DNA of 52,693 nt, taken from the NCBI GenBank assembly GCA_001004345.1, contig LCQW01000005.1:1-52693 (forward strand). Direction: 5' to 3'. The DNA comes from Candidatus Kaiserbacteria bacterium GW2011_GWA2_52_12. GTDB lineage: Bacteria > Patescibacteriota > Minisyncoccia > Phycocordibacterales > UBA2100. Below are positions 1-9,089 of this stretch, one piece after another. Positions within the stretch are counted from its first letter, which is position 1. Every line of letters starts with the position of its first letter. The translations under genes and the position numbers were made by a program. Below the pieces are notes generated by a model. The model was not told where the DNA came from. It made no database searches and saw only the letters and a list, made by a program, of their open reading frames with translations.

Positions 1-171
1 AAGTTATTGCTGAAAAGAATCAACGTGCTACAGTTTCTACATTAGCAACAGTCATTTTTAACAAAAATGGGTGTTCTACTTGAGGGGTTTTTGTGGGCCG
101 CAGTTATACGGTTAGTTTACAACACAAAGCGAACTGTCTTGCAAGCGTAATTCTATGGTATTACGTTATAC

Positions 172-1260
172 ATGGCCTATGTAGTCAAGGCTTCACCACG
201 AAGGGTTTCAAGGGTTGAAAAGCCTGACAATACACACGTTGAAGACGCCGTCTTCCGCTCACTCGTCGGCGCATCCCCGCGACCGGTCCTCATCACGAAT
301 GACCGCGCACAGATCATATACGTCAACACAGCATGGGAACACGTGACGGGGTATACACTCGCCGAAGTGATAGGAAAAAATCCACGCATTCTGAAAAGCG
401 GTAAAACGTCTCTGAAAATTTATGATGAAATCCGCAAAAAGCTCATAAGCGGGCAGCAATTCGTATCGAGCGAGCTCATAAACCGCAAAAAAAACGGACG
501 CCTGTTCAATCTATACACCATGATCTTTCCCGTGAGTGTCGGGACGAGCATGTACTACGTTCAGATTTTCGAGGATGTAACGATACAAAAACACGCCGAA
601 GAATATCGTTCAACATTTCTGAAAACGGCGGCGCACGATATGCGGACGCCGCTCTCATCACTCGCCATCATGAGCGAAATGCTCGCGCTCCATTCCCCCA
701 ATTGTTCGAAGGAGGCGACCGATCTGCACGAAGAGGTCATACGATTACAGGAACTCGCGACCTCGCTCCTCGATATGCGTGAATTTGAAAACGGAAAAAT
801 GATACTTGAGAGGGTCCCCATAGACCTCGGCGCGCTCGTCAAGGAAACGGTCGACACGGCGCAAGGCTCATGGCAGGACCACTTGATAGAAATAGAGAGT
901 CCTCTCGATGTGTTTGCGGATGCGGATAAGGTCCGGGTCAGGCGGGTGCTTATGAATCTGCTCGACAACGCCCTGCGGCACGCGAGCGAAAGTTCACCCA
1001 TTCACATAAGTCTCAAAAAGGATGATTCGAATGCACTCGTTTCCGTCAAGAACCACGGCTCGTACATTCCGCGTGATCAACGCAAAGATATTTTCAAATC
1101 ATTTTACAAGATCGGCACCAAATCAAAAGGATATGGCCTCGGCCTCTATATCGCATCGGAAATAATCCACGCACATGGAGGAAAAATATGGGTGGAATCA
1201 CGTGAGAGGAATCCATATACGGCGTTCCATTTCACGTTGCCGCTCGTGAGCGGGAATTGA
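172..1260 (+). CDS. PAS-domain sensor histidine kinase (soluble)
   Basis: PAS motif (YVNTAWEHVTGYTLAEVIGKNPRIL), H-box AHDMRTPL, N-box NLLDNALRH, G2 GYGLGL. Confidence 0.9.
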   Translation: MAYVVKASPRRVSRVEKPDNTHVEDAVFRSLVGASPRPVLITNDRAQIIYVNTAWEHVTGYTLAEVIGKNPRILKSGKTSLKIYDEIRKKLISGQQFVSSELINRKKNGRLFNLYTMIFPVSVGTSMYYVQIFEDVTIQKHAEEYRSTFLKTAAHDMRTPLSSLAIMSEMLALHSPNCSKEATDLHEEVIRLQELATSLLDMREFENGKMILERVPIDLGALVKETVDTAQGSWQDHLIEIESPLDVFADADKVRVRRVLMNLLDNALRHASESSPIHISLKKDDSNALVSVKNHGSYIPRDQRKDIFKSFYKIGTKSKGYGLGLYIASEIIHAHGGKIWVESRERNPYTAFHFTLPLVSGN

Positions 1261-1339
1261 GAGCACCGTCTCCTTGACACTGGTTTGCCTGATGGGCATT
1301 GTTAGGTAAGCAAACGCATTCCCACCCAAGGAGGGAGCA

Positions 1340-2326
1340 ATGCGAAATAGTCTCAAATATTGTTTGGCGGCTGCCCTCGCGGTGGGGGCGATATCGTTAT
1401 CCGTTGGCTCGGCTTTTGCGCGAACATACTCGGAAGAAGAATATAAATGCGTCGCGAAGGCGCTCTGGTTCGAGTATGGCTCGACTGCCGGAAAGAGATT
1501 GAAAGAAAACACGGAAGTGGCACGAGAAGAGCTTCGGCTCATTGCCCACTCCATAGTCGTACGGGGGCAGGCCAGTCATTGGTACAACCGGAAAGATTGG
1601 GGTGGGCCCAACCTCTGCGATGTCATCAAAAAGAAAACCGGCGGGGTATGCCAATACTCATATATGTGTACGTCCGCTGTTCGTGAGCAGCCGATCCCCG
1701 GCAATTTATGGGAAACACTCATTGAGGCTATCACGGCACCAATCAAGTCGGTCATTGAGACCACCAAGGAAAAAGCGGCGGATATAAAAGCGATGATCCA
1801 ACAAAATCTCACTGACCGCGAAAAGTGGGAAGAGGTCAAAAGTGCCGCGCGTGACACTCTTAAGTATCGCGGCACTAAGCAAAGTGACCCACCGCCGCAA
1901 CCGTGGGATCCACCGCAGCAGTATGCGGCGACGGATACATATCAAGAATCATGCTCCGAGCCTGCATATTACGCCGACACCTGCGACGAGCGGATCGTTT
2001 CAGGTCCGAGAAGCAAGTGCTATTTTGCACTTGAGGGAGTGTTGCTTGAAAGAGGTCAGCTGCCGGCGGGACGCCGGCATACTTTCTATCGTCGCGTCAC
2101 TATCGACGAGGTGCGGGTGAAGATACTGCAAGAACCGCCGGAGATTTGTACCGGTTTGAGGACGCTCAAGATCGTACACGAAGCATGGAGAGCATGGATC
2201 GCGTGGGAAGATCAAAAGCTCCAAAACCCCGATCTCAAGCCTCTGGAATTTAAAAAAAGCGAACCGAAAAAAAAGATCAATTTCGGCCATCGCGGCAAGA
2301 AGAAATACAAACATAGACGCAGATGA
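1340..2326 (+). CDS. Secreted cell-wall hydrolase (SleB/Hydrolase_2-like) with Lys-rich C-terminal tail
   Basis: Signal peptide ending AFA; CVAKALWFEYG, PNLCDVI and CQYSYMC resemble SleB-family motifs; SD GGAGGGAG upstream. Confidence 0.6.
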   Translation: MRNSLKYCLAAALAVGAISLSVGSAFARTYSEEEYKCVAKALWFEYGSTAGKRLKENTEVAREELRLIAHSIVVRGQASHWYNRKDWGGPNLCDVIKKKTGGVCQYSYMCTSAVREQPIPGNLWETLIEAITAPIKSVIETTKEKAADIKAMIQQNLTDREKWEEVKSAARDTLKYRGTKQSDPPPQPWDPPQQYAATDTYQESCSEPAYYADTCDERIVSGPRSKCYFALEGVLLERGQLPAGRRHTFYRRVTIDEVRVKILQEPPEICTGLRTLKIVHEAWRAWIAWEDQKLQNPDLKPLEFKKSEPKKKINFGHRGKKKYKHRRR

Positions 2327-2334
2327 ACAGAAAT

Positions 2335-2364
2335 TCGGCCACGTCAAGCGTGGCCGATTTTTTT
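2335..2364 (+). terminator. Rho-independent terminator
   Basis: Stem tcggccacg/cgtggccga followed by a T run just after the stop of 1340..2326. Confidence 0.8.
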
Positions 2365-2388
2365 GCTTGAAGAAAGCCATTATTTCGT

Positions 2389-2419
2389 GCTTGCACTGCG
2401 AAGCTCCACAACGGAGGTG
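2389..2419 (-). repeat. Short palindromic repeat, family A (degenerate copy)
   Basis: Reverse complement cacctccgttgtggagcttcgcagtgcaagc shares the agcttcg..g.gcaagc end with other family A copies. Confidence 0.45.
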
Positions 2420-2423
2420 AATA

Positions 2424-2453
2424 TGCCCTACTTCGCTAAAGCTACGCAGGGCA
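2424..2453 (+). repeat. Short palindromic repeat, family A
   Basis: tgccctacttcgctaaagctacgcagggca; shares core cttcgctaaagctacg with 30255..30287. Confidence 0.8.
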
Positions 2454-2491
2454 CACTACTTCGCTCTCCCATGGGAGAGCGAAGTAGTGTG
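2452..2491. repeat. Perfect 40-bp palindrome
   Basis: cacactacttcgctctccca|tgggagagcgaagtagtgtg with no loop. Confidence 0.9.
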
Positions 2492-2501
2492 GATAACTGC
2501 C

Positions 2502-2552
2502 TTGTGGTGGTGTATAATGGTTTTATACTAAATGATAGTGGGAAAAGGTGGT
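2502..2552 (+). promoter_or_regulatory. Putative dcw promoter and MraZ-binding boxes
   Basis: TATAAT at 2513 and TATACT at 2524; GTGGG (2538) and GTGGT (2548) 10 bp apart, as known for MraZ operators. Confidence 0.55.
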
Positions 2553-2561
2553 AAATACTAT

Positions 2562-3005
2562 ATGATTGCATTACTCATTGGAGAATATCTGCACAGCCTT
2601 GATGAGAAAAAACGCATCTCGCTCCCAAAAAATTTTCGTGCGGCGCTTGGAAAAAAAGTAATCATAACGCGCGGTCTTGATAATTGTCTTTACATCTATT
2701 CGCGTACGAGTTGGGAGAAAATTGCACAGAAGCTCCAGTCACTCTCCATTGCAGATGCGGATACGCGCGGTTTTAGCAGATTCATGCTCTCTGGCGCGGC
2801 TGAAGTCGATGTTGATGGTGTCGGAAGGATTCTGATCCCGGATCACCAAAAGACATATGCAAATCTCAAGAAGAATGTCGTATTTACAGGTGTTTCTGAT
2901 CGCGTGGAAGTATGGAATGCCGAACGGTGGAACACATACAAAAATCGAATTGATAAACGAGCGCAGCAGATGGCCAAAAAGCTCGGCGAGATAGGTGCCC
3001 TATGA
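2562..3005 (+). CDS. mraZ: Transcriptional regulator MraZ
   Basis: GEYLHSLDEKKRISLP, ITRGLDNCL, DGVGRILIP, GVSDRVEVW; directly upstream of rsmH. Confidence 0.96.
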   Translation: MIALLIGEYLHSLDEKKRISLPKNFRAALGKKVIITRGLDNCLYIYSRTSWEKIAQKLQSLSIADADTRGFSRFMLSGAAEVDVDGVGRILIPDHQKTYANLKKNVVFTGVSDRVEVWNAERWNTYKNRIDKRAQQMAKKLGEIGAL

Positions 3006-3066
3006 AAATCATATTTTCCCAATTTTCCCGATTGGTAACACCAGGTAGCTGGGGGATATAAACGTC

Positions 3067-4026
3067 ATGCGCACGCGACGCTCACCATCTTCCAGCGACC
3101 CGGCGTTGTCATCCGCCTCGACGATGCTCGGGGCAGGCACACACCAAAGTGTTCTTTTACATGAAGCAGTAGAAATGCTGGTGATACAACCTGATGATGT
3201 TGTCGTCGACGCGACACTCGGCGGTGCCGGGCACGCACGTGCCATTGTCGATCGTTTGGGGGAAGACGGCATCCTCATTGGATTCGATCTCGACGAAGAT
3301 GCGCTCTTGCGCGCGCGGCTTGCTCTCGAAGATGCAACATGTCAGACGCACGTGGTTAAAGCAAATTTTCGCGATTTGAAGCGCGAACTCGGGAAGCTTG
3401 GCATCGCACAGGTGACGAAAGCACTTTTTGATCTCGGCTGGAGCGCGTACCAACTGGATTCGTTGCGCGGATTTTCATTTCAAAAGGATGAGCCGCTGCT
3501 CATGACCTACGAAAAAAATCCGGGCGGGGGTGCACTGACGGCACGCGTTATCATCAATGAATGGAAAGAAGAGTCGATCGCCGACATCCTGTGGGGATGG
3601 GGAGAGGAACGCTATTCGCGAAGGATAGCGAAAGCGATAGTAGAGAGGCGCGCGCAAAAGCCCATCGAAACATCGACCGAACTTGCCGACATCATTAAAG
3701 CTGCAGTACCGCCCACATATCGGTTTGGTCGTTTGCATCCTGCCACGCGTACGTTCCAAGCCTTGCGGGTCGCCGTCAACGACGAATACGGCGCATTGCG
3801 CGAGGGACTCGATGCCGTGTTTGAAATGCTCGCACCTCATGGACGTCTCGCGGCCATCACCTTCCACAGCATTGAAGATAGGCTCGTCAAACAAACGTTC
3901 GTGCGTTGGTCCAAGGAAGAGAACGGCGAGCGTATCACGAAGAAGCCTGTTATTGCCTCGAGTGAAGAATTGAAAGAAAATCCCCGCGCTCGCAGTGCGA
4001 AGCTCCGTGTCTTCCAAAAAAAATAA
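3067..4026 (+). CDS. rsmH: 16S rRNA (cytosine1402-N4)-methyltransferase
   Basis: HQSVLL, VDATLGGAGH, DLGWS, HPATRTFQALRVAVN, FHSIEDRLVK, NPRARSAKLR; start could be 3124. Confidence 0.96.
   Translation: MRTRRSPSSSDPALSSASTMLGAGTHQSVLLHEAVEMLVIQPDDVVVDATLGGAGHARAIVDRLGEDGILIGFDLDEDALLRARLALEDATCQTHVVKANFRDLKRELGKLGIAQVTKALFDLGWSAYQLDSLRGFSFQKDEPLLMTYEKNPGGGALTARVIINEWKEESIADILWGWGEERYSRRIAKAIVERRAQKPIETSTELADIIKAAVPPTYRFGRLHPATRTFQALRVAVNDEYGALREGLDAVFEMLAPHGRLAAITFHSIEDRLVKQTFVRWSKEENGERITKKPVIASSEELKENPRARSAKLRVFQKK
3114..3137 (+). repeat. Short repeat, family B, in the rsmH 5' region
   Basis: cgcctcgacgatgctcggggcagg aligns with reverse complements of 46053..46076 and 48405..48428. Confidence 0.55.
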
Positions 4027-4031
4027 TTTAT

Positions 4032-4463
4032 ATGTCACGCAATGTATTAAAAATAAGCAGGCATGTGCCCTCGGTTTTCCAGGGCAGTTTGGATTTTTCC
4101 GGCGGGCGGACATTTTCGCTCACGATCGAGCATCCGCTCGAGCCGCTCTTGTTTCGCGGGCTTTTCGGATGCCTCGCATTTTTGCTGTGCCTGTATCTTT
4201 ATTTCGTTACGGCGTCCGTTTTGAATGTCATCGCGCGCGAGGAAGCGAGCTCAAGAACGGCGGAGCTCCAGAACAGCATCAGCCACATGGAGCAGAACTA
4301 TTTTGCTCTGTTGCAGGACCTTAAGCCACAAACGGGCGCATCGCTCGGCCTCGCTCCCGTATCACAAACGAGTTACGTACATCGACCGGGTGCTACCGCT
4401 TTGGCCGACCTGCCCGGCCAGGGCCAAGGTGCTGCTACAATAGTGCATAATGACGGGATCTAA
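4032..4463 (+). CDS. Probable cell division protein (FtsL-like)
   Basis: One TM helix followed by a coiled coil, located between rsmH and ftsI. Confidence 0.6.
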   Translation: MSRNVLKISRHVPSVFQGSLDFSGGRTFSLTIEHPLEPLLFRGLFGCLAFLLCLYLYFVTASVLNVIAREEASSRTAELQNSISHMEQNYFALLQDLKPQTGASLGLAPVSQTSYVHRPGATALADLPGQGQGAATIVHNDGI

Positions 4464-6165
4464 TGTGGTTCTTCGCACGCGTATCCTGTGCGGGTTGTTC
4501 ATCCTTGCCGCGGTCCTCATTATTGCGAGGCTGTATTTTGTACAGATAGTAAAAGGTTCTGAATTCCTGAAAAGTGCCAGCGCGCAGTACCAGGAGCCCT
4601 CGCAAGATACGCAAGGCCGAGGAACGATATTCTTTACCACCAAAGATGGGGAACTGGTGGCCGGAGCCGTCATGCAATCCGGCTGGCGCATTGCGATACA
4701 GCCAAAAGACATCGTCGATTCCACGGCAGCGTATGCGGCCATGAATGCCATTGTGCCCATCGACATACAACGATTTACGAATGCCGCCGCAAAAAAGAAC
4801 GACCCGTATGAAGAGGTGGCATTCCACGTTGCCGACGAGGCGGTGAGTGCACTTCGGACCCTGAAAATAGCAGGCGTGATGTATGTGCCGGATCAGTGGC
4901 GCTTGTATCCGGCGCGCACTTTGGCGGCCCAAACCATCGGCTTTGTCGGGTATCAGGGGAATACGAAGACCGGCGTCTACGGACTCGAGCGTTCATACCA
5001 AGACACACTCACGATTGAATCGTCGGACCTGTACGTCAATCCGTTCGCCGAGATATTCAGCAACGTGGAGGCGTTTTTCTCGAGGAATCCCGCGACGTAC
5101 ACTGGAAGCATCGTGACTTCGATAGAACCAAAAGTGCAGCAGCAATTGGAAGACACGCTGGACGGGGTCATGGAGATGTATACGCCGGCCGTTGCCGGCG
5201 GCATCGTGATGGACCCGCACACCGGAGAAATATACGCTATTGCGGTGAGGCCATCGTTCGATCTCAACACATACAATATGGTCGACGAAGTATCGACCTA
5301 TTCCAACCCGCTCGTCGAGGGATCGTATGAAATGGGTTCGATAATGAAGCCACTCACGATGGCCGAAGGCATCGACGCGGGTGCCGTTACGCCGAATACG
5401 ACATACAACGATACGGGCTGCAAAGATGTGAGCGGAAAGACGATATGCAATTATGATCGCAAGGCGCGCGGCGTAGTGAACATGCAGGAAGTATTGAATC
5501 AGTCGCTCAATCTCGGTGCGTCGTTCGTCGTCAATGCAATGGGTCACCGTACCTTTGCGGACTACGTGCAGCGGCTCCAGCTTGGAAAAAAGACGGGGAT
5601 AGACCTGCCGAACGAGGCAGTCGGTCAGATATGGTCTCTCCAAAGCGGCTCGGATATCGATTTCGCATCCGCGTCTTTTGGACAAAGCATTGCCGTGACA
5701 TCGATAGAAATGATACGCGCGCTCTCGATCTTGGCGAACGGTGGCGCACTGCCTTCTCCGCATATCGTGACCTCCATCAAATATCAAAGCGGGCTCTCGC
5801 GCTCCATGGCCGTGCCGGAGGGGATACCGATCGTAACGGGGGAGACGGCGACCACCGTGACCAACATGCTCGTAGAAGTGTTTGACGACGCGCTCTTGAA
5901 GGGTATCTTGAAACAAGAACACTATTCGATCGCGGCAAAGACGGGGACCGCGCAGATCGCGATACCGGGCGGCGGCGGGTACTATACCGACAGATTTCTG
6001 CACTCATTTTTCGGCTATTTTCCGGCGCATGATCCGAAATTCATCATTTTTCTTTTTGCCAAGGAGCCGCACGGAGCGGAATTCGCTTCGGCGACCTTGG
6101 CGCATCCCTTCATGGACATTACGAAATTCTTGATTAACTATTACGATATTCCGCCAGATAGATAA
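4450..6165 (+). CDS. ftsI: Class B penicillin-binding protein (FtsI/PBP2 family)
   Basis: N-terminal TM, RGTIF, transpeptidase motifs SIMK, SLN, KTGT; dcw context. Confidence 0.9.
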   Translation: MTGSNVVLRTRILCGLFILAAVLIIARLYFVQIVKGSEFLKSASAQYQEPSQDTQGRGTIFFTTKDGELVAGAVMQSGWRIAIQPKDIVDSTAAYAAMNAIVPIDIQRFTNAAAKKNDPYEEVAFHVADEAVSALRTLKIAGVMYVPDQWRLYPARTLAAQTIGFVGYQGNTKTGVYGLERSYQDTLTIESSDLYVNPFAEIFSNVEAFFSRNPATYTGSIVTSIEPKVQQQLEDTLDGVMEMYTPAVAGGIVMDPHTGEIYAIAVRPSFDLNTYNMVDEVSTYSNPLVEGSYEMGSIMKPLTMAEGIDAGAVTPNTTYNDTGCKDVSGKTICNYDRKARGVVNMQEVLNQSLNLGASFVVNAMGHRTFADYVQRLQLGKKTGIDLPNEAVGQIWSLQSGSDIDFASASFGQSIAVTSIEMIRALSILANGGALPSPHIVTSIKYQSGLSRSMAVPEGIPIVTGETATTVTNMLVEVFDDALLKGILKQEHYSIAAKTGTAQIAIPGGGGYYTDRFLHSFFGYFPAHDPKFIIFLFAKEPHGAEFASATLAHPFMDITKFLINYYDIPPDR

Positions 6166-6170
6166 AACAT

Positions 6171-7487
6171 ATGCCAGCTTTTAAAAAAATACTCGTTTTT
6201 ATTTTGATGTGCGAGGCGCGCCTCGTCCTGTGGCGCTACGCGCCGCGCATCATCGTCATCACGGGCAGCGTCGGCAAGACGACGACGAAAGACGCAATAT
6301 ATTCCGTTCTTGCCGATCATGTGCATGTGCGCAAGAGCGAGAAAAGCATGAACAGCGAGATAGGCGTGCCGCTCACGATACTGGGGCAGGGCAATGCGTG
6401 GAAAAATCCTTTCAAATGGTTCGTCAACATCGTCCGCGGAATACTTCTTCTCATCATCCCGCAAAAGTATCCTGGATGGCTCGTTCTCGAGGTGGGCGCA
6501 GATCGGCCGGGGGATATTAGTTCGCTCGCGAGATGGCTGCGTCCCGATATTGCGGTCATGACGGGAGTACCCGAAATACCGGTGCATGTGGAATATTTTC
6601 ATTCGACCGAAGATGTCGCGCATGAGAAACTGTCACTTCTGCGATATGTGCGACCGGGCGGTACGGTGATTCTGAATGGCGATGATGTGCGGCTAGAGGG
6701 AATGAAGAAGGATATCAAGGAAAAATGCTTGACGTACGGCATCGAAGGGTTCAACGATTTTTTCGCGACAGGGGCGTCGATATCATATGAAAAAGGTATG
6801 CCGACGGGCATGAAATTTGAAATGCACCATGGTGGTGTTTCAGAGCCGGCTACTCTTTATGGCGCACTCGGTACTCCGCGCGTGTACTCGGCACTTGCCG
6901 CTGTCGCCGTGGGGAAGATCGTCGGCGTTGGGCAGGCGGCTGCTGCGCGTTCGCTTGGCGCCTCCGTGCCGTCGCCGGGAAGAATGCGGACACTCGATGG
7001 GACGCGGAATTCAATAATTATCGATGATACGTACAATTCTTCGCCGGCGGCGGCACTCTCCGCGCTCGATACGATGCGGGAAATAAAGAAAATGCCACCG
7101 GGTCAAGGCAAGCCGAAGCGAAAAATAGCGATATTGGCCGACATGCTCGAGCTCGGAAAATACTCGGCCGAAGCGCATAAGCTGGTGGGCGCGCGCGCGG
7201 CCACGTGTCTCGACCTGCTTATTACGGTTGGGTTCCGCGCGCGCGGGATCGCGCAAGCGGCGCTGGATGCGGGAATGCCTGACGGCAATATCCGTCAATA
7301 CGAACAGAACGAGGCGGTGCGCGCGGGCAATGAGCTCGAATCGGAATTGCAAAAAGGAGATATCGTGCTCGTGAAAGGTTCGCAAAGCATGCGCATGGAG
7401 CGCGCCGTCGAGGAAATAATGGCCGAGCCGATGCACGCTTCCTCCCTGCTGGTGCGTCAGGATGATGAGTGGTTGAAAAAAGCGTAA
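6171..7487 (+). CDS. murF: UDP-MurNAc-tripeptide--D-Ala-D-Ala ligase
   Basis: ITGSVGKTTTK, LEVGAD, DDTYNSSP, DMLELG, LVKGS. Confidence 0.92.
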   Translation: MPAFKKILVFILMCEARLVLWRYAPRIIVITGSVGKTTTKDAIYSVLADHVHVRKSEKSMNSEIGVPLTILGQGNAWKNPFKWFVNIVRGILLLIIPQKYPGWLVLEVGADRPGDISSLARWLRPDIAVMTGVPEIPVHVEYFHSTEDVAHEKLSLLRYVRPGGTVILNGDDVRLEGMKKDIKEKCLTYGIEGFNDFFATGASISYEKGMPTGMKFEMHHGGVSEPATLYGALGTPRVYSALAAVAVGKIVGVGQAAAARSLGASVPSPGRMRTLDGTRNSIIIDDTYNSSPAAALSALDTMREIKKMPPGQGKPKRKIAILADMLELGKYSAEAHKLVGARAATCLDLLITVGFRARGIAQAALDAGMPDGNIRQYEQNEAVRAGNELESELQKGDIVLVKGSQSMRMERAVEEIMAEPMHASSLLVRQDDEWLKKA

Positions 7488-7542
7488 GTGTCGAGTGAGA
7501 GAGTGGAAAATTGGCTGAAATTCGGTATAATTTTGTTGTCAG

Positions 7543-7574
7543 GCTTGCCCTTCGAAGCCTTGGCGTAGTAGGGC
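7543..7574 (-). repeat. Short palindromic repeat, family A, overlapping the tRNA 5' end
   Basis: Reverse complement gccctactacgccaaggcttcgaagggcaagc matches family A. Confidence 0.75.
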
Positions 7575-7643
7575 CCTATCGTCTATCGGCTAGGACACAT
7601 CCTTCTCAAGGATGGAAGCAGGGTTCGATTCCCTGTAGGGTCA
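7572..7643 (+). tRNA. tRNA-Glu (anticodon CTC); CCA not encoded
   Basis: Acceptor GGCCCTA/TAGGGTC, anticodon arm CATCC-TTCTCAA-GGATG, T arm CAGGG-TTCGATT-CCCTG. Confidence 0.93.
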
Positions 7644-7708
7644 CATTCAGAAACTTCCGCCGGAGTGAGGGCGAATGAACTGCCATTTCGTAGTGTAAAA
7701 TTGCCATC

Positions 7709-8779
7709 ATGGCGGCGCACCCGATATACGAAAGGCTCATCGCACAGCATCTCAAAATACTGGAGAGTTTGCAGTATGAGTCGGGTCTCTTTGCCGCATC
7801 GAAGAAGGGGATAGGGACTGGCTACGACAAAGCATGGCTGCGCGATAATTTCTATGAATGTATCGCGTTCGAAGTGCTCGGCGATTTCGAGACAGTCCGC
7901 AAGACATACCGCGCGATACTCGATATTTTCAAAAAGCATGAGGTGAAGATCGACTATGCCATCAGCAAAAAACCGGAGCATACGCATCAGTATATTCATC
8001 CCCGTTACAATCCGGTGACGTTCGAGGAATACTGGGAAGAGTGGGGAAATAAACAGAATGATTCCGTCGGCTGCATTCTTTTTAAGGTCGGCGAACTTGA
8101 ACAAAATCACAAAGGTTTGCTCGCGCTCGATGACGATGACAAAAGAGTGCTGCAAAAGCTCGTGTGGTATCTATCAACGCTCGAATATTGGCATGATCCC
8201 GATTCCGGCATGTGGGAAGAAGATCAGGAAGTGCATGCTTCGTCGGTCGGGGCGTGTCTCGCCGGTCTCAAAATGGCGCGGCATATTGAAAACATTGACG
8301 TGCCGGACGACCTCATTGCGCTCGGCGAACAAGTCCTCCATGCGATACTGCCGCGCGAATCGAGCGGGAAGTTCGCCGACCTTGCGCTCCTGTCGCTCAT
8401 CTGGCCGTACGAGCTGGTAAACAAAGAAGAAACCGCGACCATACTTGAAAATGTGGAATATCACCTCGTGCGAGAGCGCGGCGTTATACGGTACAAAGGC
8501 GACCACTATTACAACAAAAATCCCGACGGGTGGTCGGAAGAAGCAGAGTGGACTTTTGGCTTATGCTGGCTCGCGATCATCTGCGAAAAATTGGGCGATC
8601 ATGCGAAGGCGGCGTCGTATGTGGAAAAAGCACGTTCGATAGCGACGAAGAAGGGAATGCCCGAATTGTATTTTTCCAATTCAACGAAGTACAATGACAA
8701 CACACCGCTCGGCTGGAGTGAGAGCCTCTTCATCGTCGCGCTTCACGATGTCAACGAGCGCGCTTTAAGTCATAATTAA
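7709..8779 (+). CDS. Glycoside hydrolase family 15 (glucoamylase-like / phosphorylase kinase-like)
   Basis: GLFAAS, YDKAWLRDN, DSGMWEE, HASSVG, RGVIRYKGDHY, PLGWSES. Confidence 0.85.
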   Translation: MAAHPIYERLIAQHLKILESLQYESGLFAASKKGIGTGYDKAWLRDNFYECIAFEVLGDFETVRKTYRAILDIFKKHEVKIDYAISKKPEHTHQYIHPRYNPVTFEEYWEEWGNKQNDSVGCILFKVGELEQNHKGLLALDDDDKRVLQKLVWYLSTLEYWHDPDSGMWEEDQEVHASSVGACLAGLKMARHIENIDVPDDLIALGEQVLHAILPRESSGKFADLALLSLIWPYELVNKEETATILENVEYHLVRERGVIRYKGDHYYNKNPDGWSEEAEWTFGLCWLAIICEKLGDHAKAASYVEKARSIATKKGMPELYFSNSTKYNDNTPLGWSESLFIVALHDVNERALSHN

Positions 8780-8784
8780 CTGCT

Positions 8785-9030
8785 ATGGATGAAAAGGAAC
8801 AATCAGTGAATGAATTTGTCGAGGAAATGACGCGTCGCCGCATTGCGGAGAACAACGAACGCAACAAAGAGTTCATGCCGGGCGCCGAACGAAAAGCCCG
8901 CGGTCTCACAGGACTCCTCATGAAAACGTACCTTTTTGATACCGAGCACGATGCGAGGGTCGGGTTCACGGTGTTCACCGTGGTCGTTTCAGTTGTAGCG
9001 CTTATAGTGCTTGTGCGGTTTTTTGTTTGA
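8785..9030 (+). CDS. Small hypothetical membrane protein
   Basis: Starts 5 nt after the GH15 stop; charged N-terminus and one C-terminal TM helix. Confidence 0.7.
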   Translation: MDEKEQSVNEFVEEMTRRRIAENNERNKEFMPGAERKARGLTGLLMKTYLFDTEHDARVGFTVFTVVVSVVALIVLVRFFV

Positions 9031-9089
9031 CGGTGTTACACGGGGTCGGTTCGTGGTGGTGTGTGCCGACATAACGGTATACTGGAGAA

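Noticed and set aside
4993-6003. 336-aa ORF antisense to ftsI
   Set aside because: Shadow frame of a well-supported gene; no recognisable motifs.
7092-7116. MPPGQGK segment in MurF ending in ggcaagc as a repeat remnant
   Set aside because: Too short and degenerate to assign to family A or B.
7583-8155. 190-aa minus-strand ORF over the tRNA and GH15 gene
   Set aside because: Overlaps a clear tRNA and a well-supported CDS.
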